From Candidatus Hadarchaeota archaeon (GTDB lineage Archaea; CAYQAE01; CAYVLA01): a stretch of DNA of 21,820 bases. The notes beneath the pieces were generated by a model. That model searched no databases, was not told the origin of the DNA, and saw nothing but the letters and a program-made list of their open reading frames with translations. Each line of letters opens with the position of its first letter. The first letter of the stretch is position 1. Location: the NCBI GenBank assembly GCA_964621445.1, contig CAZUNO010000033.1, positions 1 through 21,820 on the forward strand. The letters run 5' to 3'. The translations under genes and the position numbers were made by a program. Below, in pieces: positions 5,368 to 13,703 of this stretch.

Positions 5368-6258
5368 TTATCTGGAAAGGATCTGCTCAAGCCTGCTTCT
5401 AAACTCGGTGCTGATCTCGGGGTCGGCCAGGCACATATCCACGAAGGCCAGTCCATAGGTCAGCAGGTCGCCTATATCGTGCCTCTTTTCCCGATCGTTA
5501 AGCTTGAAGGCCCAAACCGGGTCCCCATCCCTTAGCATTATCCGGATGGCGTCTGTTAGCTGCCTCTCGCCGCCATGCCCCCTAGGGGTGCTCCGGATGG
5601 CGTCGAATATCCGCGGGTTGAACACGTATCTAGCGGCCACCGCCAGGTTGCTAGGGGCCTCCTCCACCTTTGGCTTCTCCACGATATCATCCAGGCGCAG
5701 GGAAAGACCGTCCACCAGTCGGGGTTTCACCACCCCGAACCTGCTTAATCTTTCCTTCTCCACCTCCTCCACGGCTATGGTGGCGCTGGCACCGGTCCTG
5801 GTGTGGGCATCGATCAGCTTCCACAGAAATCTGCCCCCCTCGTAGCTCTGTATTATGGTGTCACCCAGGCTAACGGCAAAGGGCTCGTCATCCACGAAGC
5901 TCTCTCCCAAGAGCACGGCATCCGCCAGGCCCGTGGGTTGGGATTGACGGGTGTAGTAAAGCTGAATGTCGAGATCGTCCAGGAAACGTACCTCCTTTAG
6001 GACCTCATCCTTGCCTCTATCCTCAAGCAATCGGTTGAGAACCGGGTCCCGATCAAAATGATCCTCGATCGCCCTCTTACGGGCGCCGGTGATGATCAGA
6101 ATCTGCTTTATCCCTGCACTGGCCGCCTCCTCCACCACGTGCTGGATCACGGGTTTCCGGCCCACGGGGACCATTTCCTTGGGCTGGGACTTGGTGGCGG
6201 GGAGGAGCCTGGTTCCGAAACCGGCGGCAGGGATTACGCACTTGGTGATCTTCCTCAT
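5368..6258 (-). CDS. galU: UTP--glucose-1-phosphate uridylyltransferase
   Basis: KCVIPAAGFGTRLLPATKSQPKEM signature; RQ..P.GL.DA, LGD and VEKP motifs. Confidence 0.9.
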   Translation of the reverse strand: MRKITKCVIPAAGFGTRLLPATKSQPKEMVPVGRKPVIQHVVEEAASAGIKQILIITGARKRAIEDHFDRDPVLNRLLEDRGKDEVLKEVRFLDDLDIQLYYTRQSQPTGLADAVLLGESFVDDEPFAVSLGDTIIQSYEGGRFLWKLIDAHTRTGASATIAVEEVEKERLSRFGVVKPRLVDGLSLRLDDIVEKPKVEEAPSNLAVAARYVFNPRIFDAIRSTPRGHGGERQLTDAIRIMLRDGDPVWAFKLNDREKRHDIGDLLTYGLAFVDMCLADPEISTEFRSRLEQILSR

Positions 6259-6340
6259 GGTGATACCGATATCTAGTGATTCTCCAGGCTCAAAAACGTC
6301 ACCCCTAGAGGTTGAAAACCAATTCGCACCGTTCGATACT

Positions 6341-7351
6341 TTATCCGACGATCACGGGCATGGCCGAGAAGCGTGGTTCCAGGGACGATGCCAGGCTGCG
6401 GCTTTCCTCCGGGGAACGGGCCAGTGCTATTATCGATCCCGCGCCCCCGGCCCCGGTCCACTTGGCACCCAGGGCACCGGCATCGCGCACCGCCTCCAGG
6501 GCCTCGTAGAGCACCGGAACGCCCAGCTCCTGGCTACAGAAGGGCTTCAAGCCGCGGTCATAGCACTCCTGGTTCCTGTTCATTAGCTCCCCTATCCTCT
6601 CCAGCCGGCATTTGCCTTCCATCTCCGACCTGCCACGGAGAACGAGTTCAGGTATGTCCTTGCCCAGGGTTCGGACTATCAGTGGGTCCTTCTCCTGGAA
6701 ATAGAAGCGGTTTAGGGTGTTCAGTATCCTCTTGGTGTCCCTTTCCCCGCCCAGGTCCACCACCACCAGGGGGAGCTGGTGCTTCATCTCGATGGGGGAG
6801 TATCGAAAACCGTTCTCAAAATCTATGAAAAGGGGCGATTCGTGGGCGGCCGCCGTCTGGTCCATCATCCCGCAGCCTATGCCCAGCAGGCCGTTTTCGG
6901 CCCTGTAGGAAACGCGGACCAGGTCATCCATGTCTAATCCCAGGAAATCGAGCACGTTCAAAGCCTTGCAGACCGAGATGCACAGAGCGGCCGATGAGGA
7001 GAGTCCCTTCTTCATGGGCACATCCGAATTTATCTCCATGTCAGTCCCTCCCAGCTGGCATCCCCTTTCCTGGAGAGCTGCCACCACGGCGTTTACATAT
7101 CGAAGGGAGCTTTCCATCAAGGGGAGGTTAGCAGCCTCGTCGAGCCGAAATTCGGCCTCCTCTTCCTGGTCGTGAAACGTATTCCTAATTCTGATACTGA
7201 TCAGGTCACCCTCCCTCTTCCTGGCCCTGGTGACTATTTTCCTATCCATCGAGGATGCGATAACCTGCCTTTGAGCCCAGTCACAGTGATCGCCTAGCAG
7301 GCAAACTCGGCCAAAACCAACTCCCTCCGCGTTTTCACTAATCTTCACCAT
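6341..7351 (-). CDS. GHMP-family sugar kinase (galactokinase-like, substrate uncertain)
   Basis: GRVCLLGDHCDW, PMKKGLSSSAA, AE...G.GCG.MDQ and GAKWTGAGGAG motifs; 14-nt overlap with the upstream epimerase. Confidence 0.88.
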   Translation of the reverse strand: MVKISENAEGVGFGRVCLLGDHCDWAQRQVIASSMDRKIVTRARKREGDLISIRIRNTFHDQEEEAEFRLDEAANLPLMESSLRYVNAVVAALQERGCQLGGTDMEINSDVPMKKGLSSSAALCISVCKALNVLDFLGLDMDDLVRVSYRAENGLLGIGCGMMDQTAAAHESPLFIDFENGFRYSPIEMKHQLPLVVVDLGGERDTKRILNTLNRFYFQEKDPLIVRTLGKDIPELVLRGRSEMEGKCRLERIGELMNRNQECYDRGLKPFCSQELGVPVLYEALEAVRDAGALGAKWTGAGGAGSIIALARSPEESRSLASSLEPRFSAMPVIVG

Positions 7352-8465
7352 CTCCTACCACCAGGCCCCGGCTCCTCAACTCCCGGGATGCCTTTTCATA
7401 ACCATCAGCCGACTCCTCATTCTCGGCCCACTGAATGAAATTCCTTATGCCGGTCTTCAGATCCACACTAGGTTCAAATCCATAATTGCGAATACTTTCT
7501 ATTTTCGCATAGCAATGACGAATATCTCCCTTACGGTAATCCCCCGAAATGTGTGGGTCTAGGTCCACGCCACATTCATCGATCATCATCCTCGCTAGGG
7601 ATATGATGGAGGTCGGTATCCCGGTTCCTACATTGAATCGGCCATAATTCATGGCCTGGCTTTCCATTGCCAGGACATTGGCATTAACCACATCGGCGAC
7701 GTTAACGAAATCCCGGCTCTGTAAACCATCTTCATAGACTATCGGAGGTTTACCTGCCCTGATTCGGGATAGAAAAATCGATGCGACCCCCGTATAGGGA
7801 TTTGATAAGGACTGACCGGCTCCCTGTACGTTGAAATACCTCAGGGCGACGGTCGGGATTCCATAGGTTTTTCCAACTAGAAGGGCCATATCCTCCTGGT
7901 CTCTTTTACTCATGGCATATATGGAGGTCGGATCCCTGGGCTTGTCCTCCCCGGTGCCCACAGCCTTCAGTTCTCGACCACACTCCTCGCACCTTGGTTC
8001 CCATAAACCTCGCTTCAGGTTTTCTGACCCTCGTGGCCCAGGAAACATGGGTCCGCAGTTATCGCAGATATACGCTCCCTCACCGTAAACCGTGTTTGAG
8101 GATGCGACCATGAGCTTACTAACCTCATGCTCCTGGTTAACAAGGAAATCAAGTAGATTTGCCGTCCCCCCGATGTTGACGTCGACATACTTACCAATCT
8201 GATACATGCTTTGGCCGATACCGACGGAGGCGGCCTGGTGAAAGATCACCTCCACGCCCTCCATACAGCCTGACCAGTCTTCAGTGTTTCGCACATCCCC
8301 CTCCACAAATTCTAGGCCCTCTGGTGGGTTAACGGACCCGCCGTGAACCTGGGGCTCGAGATTATCCAGAATCCTGACCTCGTTGCCCCTATCCACCAGC
8401 TCGTGGGCCAGGTGGGAGCCTATGAAGCCCAAACCACCGGTAACCAGAACCTTGCTGCTCGTCAT
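7338..8465 (-). CDS. NAD-dependent nucleotide-sugar epimerase/dehydratase (extended SDR) with a 4-Cys insertion
   Basis: TGGLGFIGSH (GxxGxxG), catalytic YAMSK, LRYFNV.G and RDFV motifs; AGGAG RBS. Confidence 0.92.
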   Translation of the reverse strand: MTSSKVLVTGGLGFIGSHLAHELVDRGNEVRILDNLEPQVHGGSVNPPEGLEFVEGDVRNTEDWSGCMEGVEVIFHQAASVGIGQSMYQIGKYVDVNIGGTANLLDFLVNQEHEVSKLMVASSNTVYGEGAYICDNCGPMFPGPRGSENLKRGLWEPRCEECGRELKAVGTGEDKPRDPTSIYAMSKRDQEDMALLVGKTYGIPTVALRYFNVQGAGQSLSNPYTGVASIFLSRIRAGKPPIVYEDGLQSRDFVNVADVVNANVLAMESQAMNYGRFNVGTGIPTSIISLARMMIDECGVDLDPHISGDYRKGDIRHCYAKIESIRNYGFEPSVDLKTGIRNFIQWAENEESADGYEKASRELRSRGLVVGDGED

Positions 8466-8511
8466 CTAGATCTCCTTGTAAGTAGGGAAATTTAACGTTG
8501 ACCCAGAAAAT

Positions 8512-8537
8512 ATTGGAAAGCGATGCGATTTCCCAAT
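8512..8537 (-). terminator. Imperfect hairpin ATTGGGAAA-N9-TTTCCAAT followed by ATTTTCT
   Basis: Starts 10 nt downstream of the stop codon at 8548. Confidence 0.25.
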
Positions 8538-8547
8538 CGGAACCAAG

Positions 8548-9519
8548 TTAGCCAAGCAAGCGGGAGGCCACGCTAACCGGGGACTCCATGCTCCTCATAA
8601 CCCGGGAAATCTTTCGCCGTATCTTCCTCCTCCTTCCCGCATCCAGAAGGGAACAAACCTGGTCTCTAAGGGTGTGTTCATCCCTGGTTTCAAGGACCTG
8701 GGAGTACATGGCTTGTAGGTCCCCGTAACGTTGATGGGGGAGAAGCACCAGGGGTTTTCCAAGGACAAAGAATTCCGCCGCCATCCTCCCTGATCCCACA
8801 TAGAGGTCATGTATCAATGGGGGAGGGTTGACCGAAACCTGGGCACCAGTACTCGGACCAGGCTCCTGTTCGGACTCGATACGGGTCATCACCTCGCCTA
8901 CATCCTGCTTGAGCATTTGGGTGACCTTCTGGATCCAAGCCCTCTCTGTTTGTTCTCTTGATCTGAGAAGCACTCTCGATGTGTCCTCCCGCTGGGAGTT
9001 CCTCATGCTCGCCCACGGCTCTTCCAGGAGATAGCACTCGTTCCATCCCTTGAAATTGTGTATCTGGTCCCTGACCAGTCCCATGGATACCAACCTTTCA
9101 TCGGGAAAATCCTGGGAAACGAAGATCTTCTCGCAAAGAGGAAGGGTCATTCTCTGGACGTTGCTCTGAACGGAATTTGCCGCCTCGCGGAAAAAGGTCC
9201 AAACTGGCATGCCCAGGCCAAACGCCGTCCTTACGGCCGAGGGATCGAGATCTGAGATCAAAAGGTCCGGCTCCCTCCTCTTGATGAAATCGGTTAGTTC
9301 AAGTATTCGGTGGCCGTATGAATGGGTTGAGCTGGATCCATTGTGACTTCCATTGAACTGGGAAAAATTCACCTGGTTCCCGTAAAGAACGCGCGCCAGT
9401 GAAGGGTTACGACTGGTGGTGACCACCACCTCTACATCGGGGTGTAGTTCATAGATTAGGGTGGCAAGTAGATTTGCCTGGCGAATCGATGTGATATCCA
9501 GCCACACCTTTGTGCTCAA
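8548..9519 (-). CDS. DUF354-like (GT-B fold) protein, divergent copy
   Basis: N-terminal KVWLDITS..Q, PDLLIS..P.A.R.AFGLG.P and LTLPL-like MTLPL..KI patterns typical of DUF354; colinear with the neighbouring paralog; TTG start. Confidence 0.7.
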   Translation of the reverse strand: MSTKVWLDITSIRQANLLATLIYELHPDVEVVVTTSRNPSLARVLYGNQVNFSQFNGSHNGSSSTHSYGHRILELTDFIKRREPDLLISDLDPSAVRTAFGLGMPVWTFFREAANSVQSNVQRMTLPLCEKIFVSQDFPDERLVSMGLVRDQIHNFKGWNECYLLEEPWASMRNSQREDTSRVLLRSREQTERAWIQKVTQMLKQDVGEVMTRIESEQEPGPSTGAQVSVNPPPLIHDLYVGSGRMAAEFFVLGKPLVLLPHQRYGDLQAMYSQVLETRDEHTLRDQVCSLLDAGRRRKIRRKISRVMRSMESPVSVASRLLG

Positions 9520-9640
9520 TTTTTAACCCTACTCGTTCGACGGGCGGCTTGGAATAAATAGCTATGCAGAACCTCTGTATATGACAACTCTGGGGACAGA
9601 TGTCACCTGAGTGATTGGTTTCAAAGCCTTGGCAAAGGTT

Positions 9641-10678
9641 TCATGCACCAATATCGGAATCTAAAAGGGAATCGATTATGTCCACCGGGTCCTCCATACT
9701 ACCTATCACTTCCTGGGATCTCCTTTGGTATTCCTTTCCTGAATCCTGGTCCAGCAGATCGGTGGCCAGATCGCATACCTCCCGGGGGTCCGTTGACCTC
9801 GGGATGTGACGGTGAAGAACCTGCATGGGGACGGTCAGGTCCCAGTAGATGCAGCTGAGGGCCGGTACCCCCAGGGTGAAGGCCTCGCATAGCATGGTCT
9901 CCGCCGATCCCATCACCAGATCGGAGTGGGCAATCGGGTTTCCTGGCAGGGATGATTCCGGGATTATGGCCCCTATCCTCCGGTATCTCTCCCGCTGTTC
10001 GGCGGTCCGGGGTAGGACAACTATGTTAAGATCCATCCTGCTCAACATGCGCTCCACGACCTCTTCCAGGATCGGTTCATAGCTATCGAAGAAAACCGAG
10101 AACTCGAACTCGGGACGTACCAGTATTAGGGGGGCCTGTTCATGGTTAAGTTGCAGGTGTTGGAAGGGATCGATCTGCGGTATCTCAGCACCCTTTAGAT
10201 AGCAGGTGATGAAGCCATTGAACCAGATGATCTTATCCTTATCGGTCACTCCCTGGCCCTGTATGGTCTCGAATTCGTAAAAAGAAGGGACCAGAACCCT
10301 GCTCGCGAGGGGATGGGTCATCCTGTTTACGTGGAACTCCCGCTCATCATTGAATATGGTCCAGCAGGGGATATCCGCCAGGTGGGCAACGTGAACCGCG
10401 GGGGGATACCTCTCGGTTAGAACCAGGTCAGGGTCGTAATCATCGACCAGATCCCCCATGGAGATAAGCGAATTGGCAAATTCCTTTAGCTTCATGTCCA
10501 GGCTCGATCCCTTGTAGCCTCCCAGATTGACGTGCTCTAATCCCTTATCCTCCAGCATGGATAGGGTAACGTCCCTGTCCCTGGCGGCAAACAGGTACTC
10601 CTCACCAGGCCTCCTCCTAACCAGTTCGTGGAAGAAATTTACCTGAAAGGGCGTACTCACCGCACATATTATCCTCAT
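9641..10678 (-). CDS. DUF354 family predicted glycosyltransferase (GT-B fold)
   Basis: STPFQVNFF, ARDRD.T..ML, DPDLV, NRMTHPLA, ILVRPE, VVLPR..EQ and TM.CEA..LGVPA motifs; ATGA overlap with aglH. Confidence 0.8.
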   Translation of the reverse strand: MRIICAVSTPFQVNFFHELVRRRPGEEYLFAARDRDVTLSMLEDKGLEHVNLGGYKGSSLDMKLKEFANSLISMGDLVDDYDPDLVLTERYPPAVHVAHLADIPCWTIFNDEREFHVNRMTHPLASRVLVPSFYEFETIQGQGVTDKDKIIWFNGFITCYLKGAEIPQIDPFQHLQLNHEQAPLILVRPEFEFSVFFDSYEPILEEVVERMLSRMDLNIVVLPRTAEQRERYRRIGAIIPESSLPGNPIAHSDLVMGSAETMLCEAFTLGVPALSCIYWDLTVPMQVLHRHIPRSTDPREVCDLATDLLDQDSGKEYQRRSQEVIGSMEDPVDIIDSLLDSDIGA

Positions 10679-11790
10679 TTCTCATCACCTTCCAAAGTAG
10701 TATCCGGACTGAAATTGGCTTTCTCTACAATGGCCCTGAAGGATAGTATGATCCCGGCCACCGGCAGAGTCCCGATGACCAGCCTATGAAAGGGGTTGTT
10801 TCGGTAGCCGATGATGCCCAAAACACCTGATCCCGGGAGAATTAGGGCCAATAGCACCGCGGCCAGACCACAGAGGGCCGAGATTCCCCATAAGCCATGC
10901 ACCAGCTTCCTTTCCCTGGATAGAACCTTCATGACCTGATGGGTAAGACTCATGTAGGGTGCCGGGGTGAGGGTACTATCATCGTTCAGGCTCGAATGTC
11001 CTAATTGGCTTGTGGAGAAGGATATCCTGGCCTTGAACAGGAAATCAAGGATCAGTGGAAGAAAGATGAGTACTGCAAAGAACTCCACTCCTCCCAGGAT
11101 GGCCGCAATACCAACTCCCGCGCCCATTAGCAGGGTCCCGGTGTCACCCGGAAAGACGCTTGATGGATATCTATTGTAAATCAGGAAGGCCGCCATACCG
11201 CCCATAAGGGGTAGCAGATAGGGGATGGACTCCCTTCTACCCACCAGATATATGACCGCAGAGGTGAAGAACAGCGAAATAAGGCAGACCCCGGTTTCCA
11301 GGCCGTTGAAGCCGGCATACATGTTTGCCAGGTTTGCGGTGACCGCCACTCCCACGGGGATCAATACAAGGGCGTAAACCAACCCCAGTGATACATATCC
11401 TAATCCCGGGAGGAAGATGTCCGTGGCATAGCTTCCGGAGGCCACTACGGGCAGGGCGGCAAAAAGGGTGAGAACCAGCTTGTGTCGCTGTCGAAGGCCG
11501 AATATATCATCGATGGCGCCCACTGCGGACATCAAGGCCAGGGAGAGGGCTATCCAGAGTATGGTAAGGGCTTGTTCTGGGATAAGAATGATCAGGGCAA
11601 CGAAGCCGGCCAAAACGCTGAGCAGGATGGAGACCCCGCCCATCTCCGGTATCTCCTGGTTCGATGGTTTATGTATATCCCTAGCGGATATACCCCTGTC
11701 CAGGAATTTCCTAGAGATCCATGGAGTTATGACTAGGCCCACGGTAAAGGGGATAACCAGAACTGCTATGGACTCAAATAAGGTCAGCAA
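10675..11790 (-). CDS. aglH: UDP-GlcNAc:dolichyl-phosphate GlcNAc-1-phosphate transferase (AglH/GPT-type, MraY/WecA superfamily)
   Basis: Multi-TM protein with DIHKP, IPEMGG, GAIDD, NLANMYAGFNGLE and YNRYPSSVFPGDTGT. The N.AG.NGLE and FPGDT forms are those of the archaeal/eukaryotic GPT branch. Confidence 0.82.
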   Translation of the reverse strand: MLTLFESIAVLVIPFTVGLVITPWISRKFLDRGISARDIHKPSNQEIPEMGGVSILLSVLAGFVALIILIPEQALTILWIALSLALMSAVGAIDDIFGLRQRHKLVLTLFAALPVVASGSYATDIFLPGLGYVSLGLVYALVLIPVGVAVTANLANMYAGFNGLETGVCLISLFFTSAVIYLVGRRESIPYLLPLMGGMAAFLIYNRYPSSVFPGDTGTLLMGAGVGIAAILGGVEFFAVLIFLPLILDFLFKARISFSTSQLGHSSLNDDSTLTPAPYMSLTHQVMKVLSRERKLVHGLWGISALCGLAAVLLALILPGSGVLGIIGYRNNPFHRLVIGTLPVAGIILSFRAIVEKANFSPDTTLEGDEK

Positions 11791-11914
11791 CTAATTCCAC
11801 AACAGTTTTTTTCGTGATAATGAAATATGGTTCCACCGTAATATTCCCATTGCGTTTAATTCTCGCAGTTCAAAATGACTCCTCTTTCAAACCATTGCAT
11901 GGCCTGTCATTGGT

Positions 11915-13699
11915 CTAGCCGAGGAGATTCAATGAGCTCCTTGCCGGCAAATCTACCATGAACATCGCTCTCTTTCCCCCGTCAAACTCGACATCAATGG
12001 GAACACCGCTTATGGGATCATCTGATGGATTTGCGATCCTCACCACCTCCGGACCCCAATCCAGATTAACCTCCCCGTGAACCGGGCACAAAACCGCTTC
12101 CCAGTACTTGACCAGCGAGGCATGGGTTGTTATCCAGATCAGGGAGCCCTTGTCCCCTACCAGGAACCTCATCAACTCCCGGAGTGGCCGTCGAGAGGAA
12201 TGCTGACCGTAGAACGGGCGGTATAGCCTTAGATGGGGATGGATGAGGAAGGTTACCTGTTTACCGCATTCCAACGCCTCCAGTACCCCTTTCTTCAGGC
12301 AGATCAACTGGGTTGGGGTGTGGGGGTCAAATCTATGGATGTGGGCCTGGGTCTCCACCACCTCCCTGTCCGGGGGATGGTAGGGCCTAACCGCCCCCAG
12401 GGGCGGCCTGTAGGGATCGATCTCCCGCGGCATGATAACCCCCCGGGGGTGGGCCTCAGAGGATCCCTTTAGTCCTGACGCATCCAGGGCCCTGGGCATC
12501 TTGGGATGACTGGTGTCAGCGGGGGCTGCCCAGGTTTCCGGGGTGACCCCCAGTTTAGATGATATGATCTCCTGATTCATCTTAATATTCAAAGCCAGGG
12601 CCTCTACCGGGTTTTGAGGATCCGTCATCCCATCAGCCAGCAAATGGCCCGCTTTTATCGGGCTCAGTCCCTTCTTCCATCCCCAGGTGCACCCAGCATC
12701 GTATCCATACGAACTGCCATAGTGGAGGTACATATGATTGCCCACGCTCACCGGCTTATCGCCATCATCTATCGGGTATTCTAGGTCATCGCTGGAGATT
12801 CTCTCAATCAGATATTCAGTGAAACGATCGAATCTCTCCCTGGTCGCCTTTTCCTCCAGGAATTTATCCGGGAAATGCTGGACCCAGGAACTCCATTCAT
12901 CGAAGTTCAGGGTCAGCCTCCCGGAGATGAACAGGGACAGCGGAAATCGAAAGCGTCGGCAGAGTTTGAAGGACTGATTTAGGGTCTTTTCGTTGCTAAG
13001 GTTATCGAGGCCGTCGAGGTCCCCCCGCCAGCATACGGCGGCCAGGTTTCCGTATTTCCACCTGGATATCGAAGCTTCGCGAATGGATACCGAGGTATGG
13101 TCGAATATCGATCTTATTTTTAGCCTCTTTACCGCTTCTCCTCCCTGCCAGCGGTATCCAATTATGATCCTGGTTCCATCCCTAGCAGGAGACTTCGGAG
13201 TAACGGTTAGGCATAATTTTTTGACCTCTCCCGGGGAGATTTTGATGGGTTTATCTTCCTGTGGAAGCCCGGAGATATCCAGTATGTCGGGATCCCAGTC
13301 GCATCCCTCATAGGCGGCGAGTTCATTATTCCCTATATTGTGCAGGATTATAGTAAGTTCAAAGGAAATTCTTGAGGGTCGATCCCCCAGATCCAAATCA
13401 TTGGAGGGCCCCATTTTACTGGCATCTCGGGCCGATACCAGAGGGGCCCTCACATTTAGGGCCAAACCCTTTGGGTCGGATTCGATCCTCTCGGCTTCGC
13501 GTCTAATCTGGCGGATCAGGTGGAGTGTAGTTGCTCCGACTCCCAGGAATAGTACCAGGATGCCGGGCCAGAAGGCGCGTAGAAATATGGCGAGGGAAAT
13601 CAGAGAGGTAATTGCGTAGAGAAGGAAGTCTGACCTATACACGCGATATATCACCAGGAAGGCCCGGAGAGGTCTAGTCAAGTTCCTTTTCACGGACAT
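11915..13699 (-). CDS. Membrane-anchored protein with N-terminal TM hairpin, Ig-like segment and polysaccharide deacetylase (NodB/CE4)-like domain
   Basis: Two hydrophobic segments at about aa 25-61; LHNIGN...GEVKKL beta-rich region; WRGDLD, GNHMYLH (HxxxH), WAAP and LIHP resemble CE4 motifs. Confidence 0.6.
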   Translation of the reverse strand: MSVKRNLTRPLRAFLVIYRVYRSDFLLYAITSLISLAIFLRAFWPGILVLFLGVGATTLHLIRQIRREAERIESDPKGLALNVRAPLVSARDASKMGPSNDLDLGDRPSRISFELTIILHNIGNNELAAYEGCDWDPDILDISGLPQEDKPIKISPGEVKKLCLTVTPKSPARDGTRIIIGYRWQGGEAVKRLKIRSIFDHTSVSIREASISRWKYGNLAAVCWRGDLDGLDNLSNEKTLNQSFKLCRRFRFPLSLFISGRLTLNFDEWSSWVQHFPDKFLEEKATRERFDRFTEYLIERISSDDLEYPIDDGDKPVSVGNHMYLHYGSSYGYDAGCTWGWKKGLSPIKAGHLLADGMTDPQNPVEALALNIKMNQEIISSKLGVTPETWAAPADTSHPKMPRALDASGLKGSSEAHPRGVIMPREIDPYRPPLGAVRPYHPPDREVVETQAHIHRFDPHTPTQLICLKKGVLEALECGKQVTFLIHPHLRLYRPFYGQHSSRRPLRELMRFLVGDKGSLIWITTHASLVKYWEAVLCPVHGEVNLDWGPEVVRIANPSDDPISGVPIDVEFDGGKRAMFMVDLPARSSLNLLG

Positions 13700-13703
13700 C
13701 CAC

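Noticed and set aside
4262-8465. Apparent codon-usage shifts (C-ending codons in the first kinase, more AT-rich epimerase) as evidence of mosaic origin
   Set aside because: An impression by eye only; it needs a GC3/codon-usage calculation against the genome background.
10675-11790. Calling this gene mraY and, with the Fem genes, inferring peptidoglycan synthesis
   Set aside because: Motifs match the GPT/AglH branch, and no mur, pbp or fts genes are in the window.
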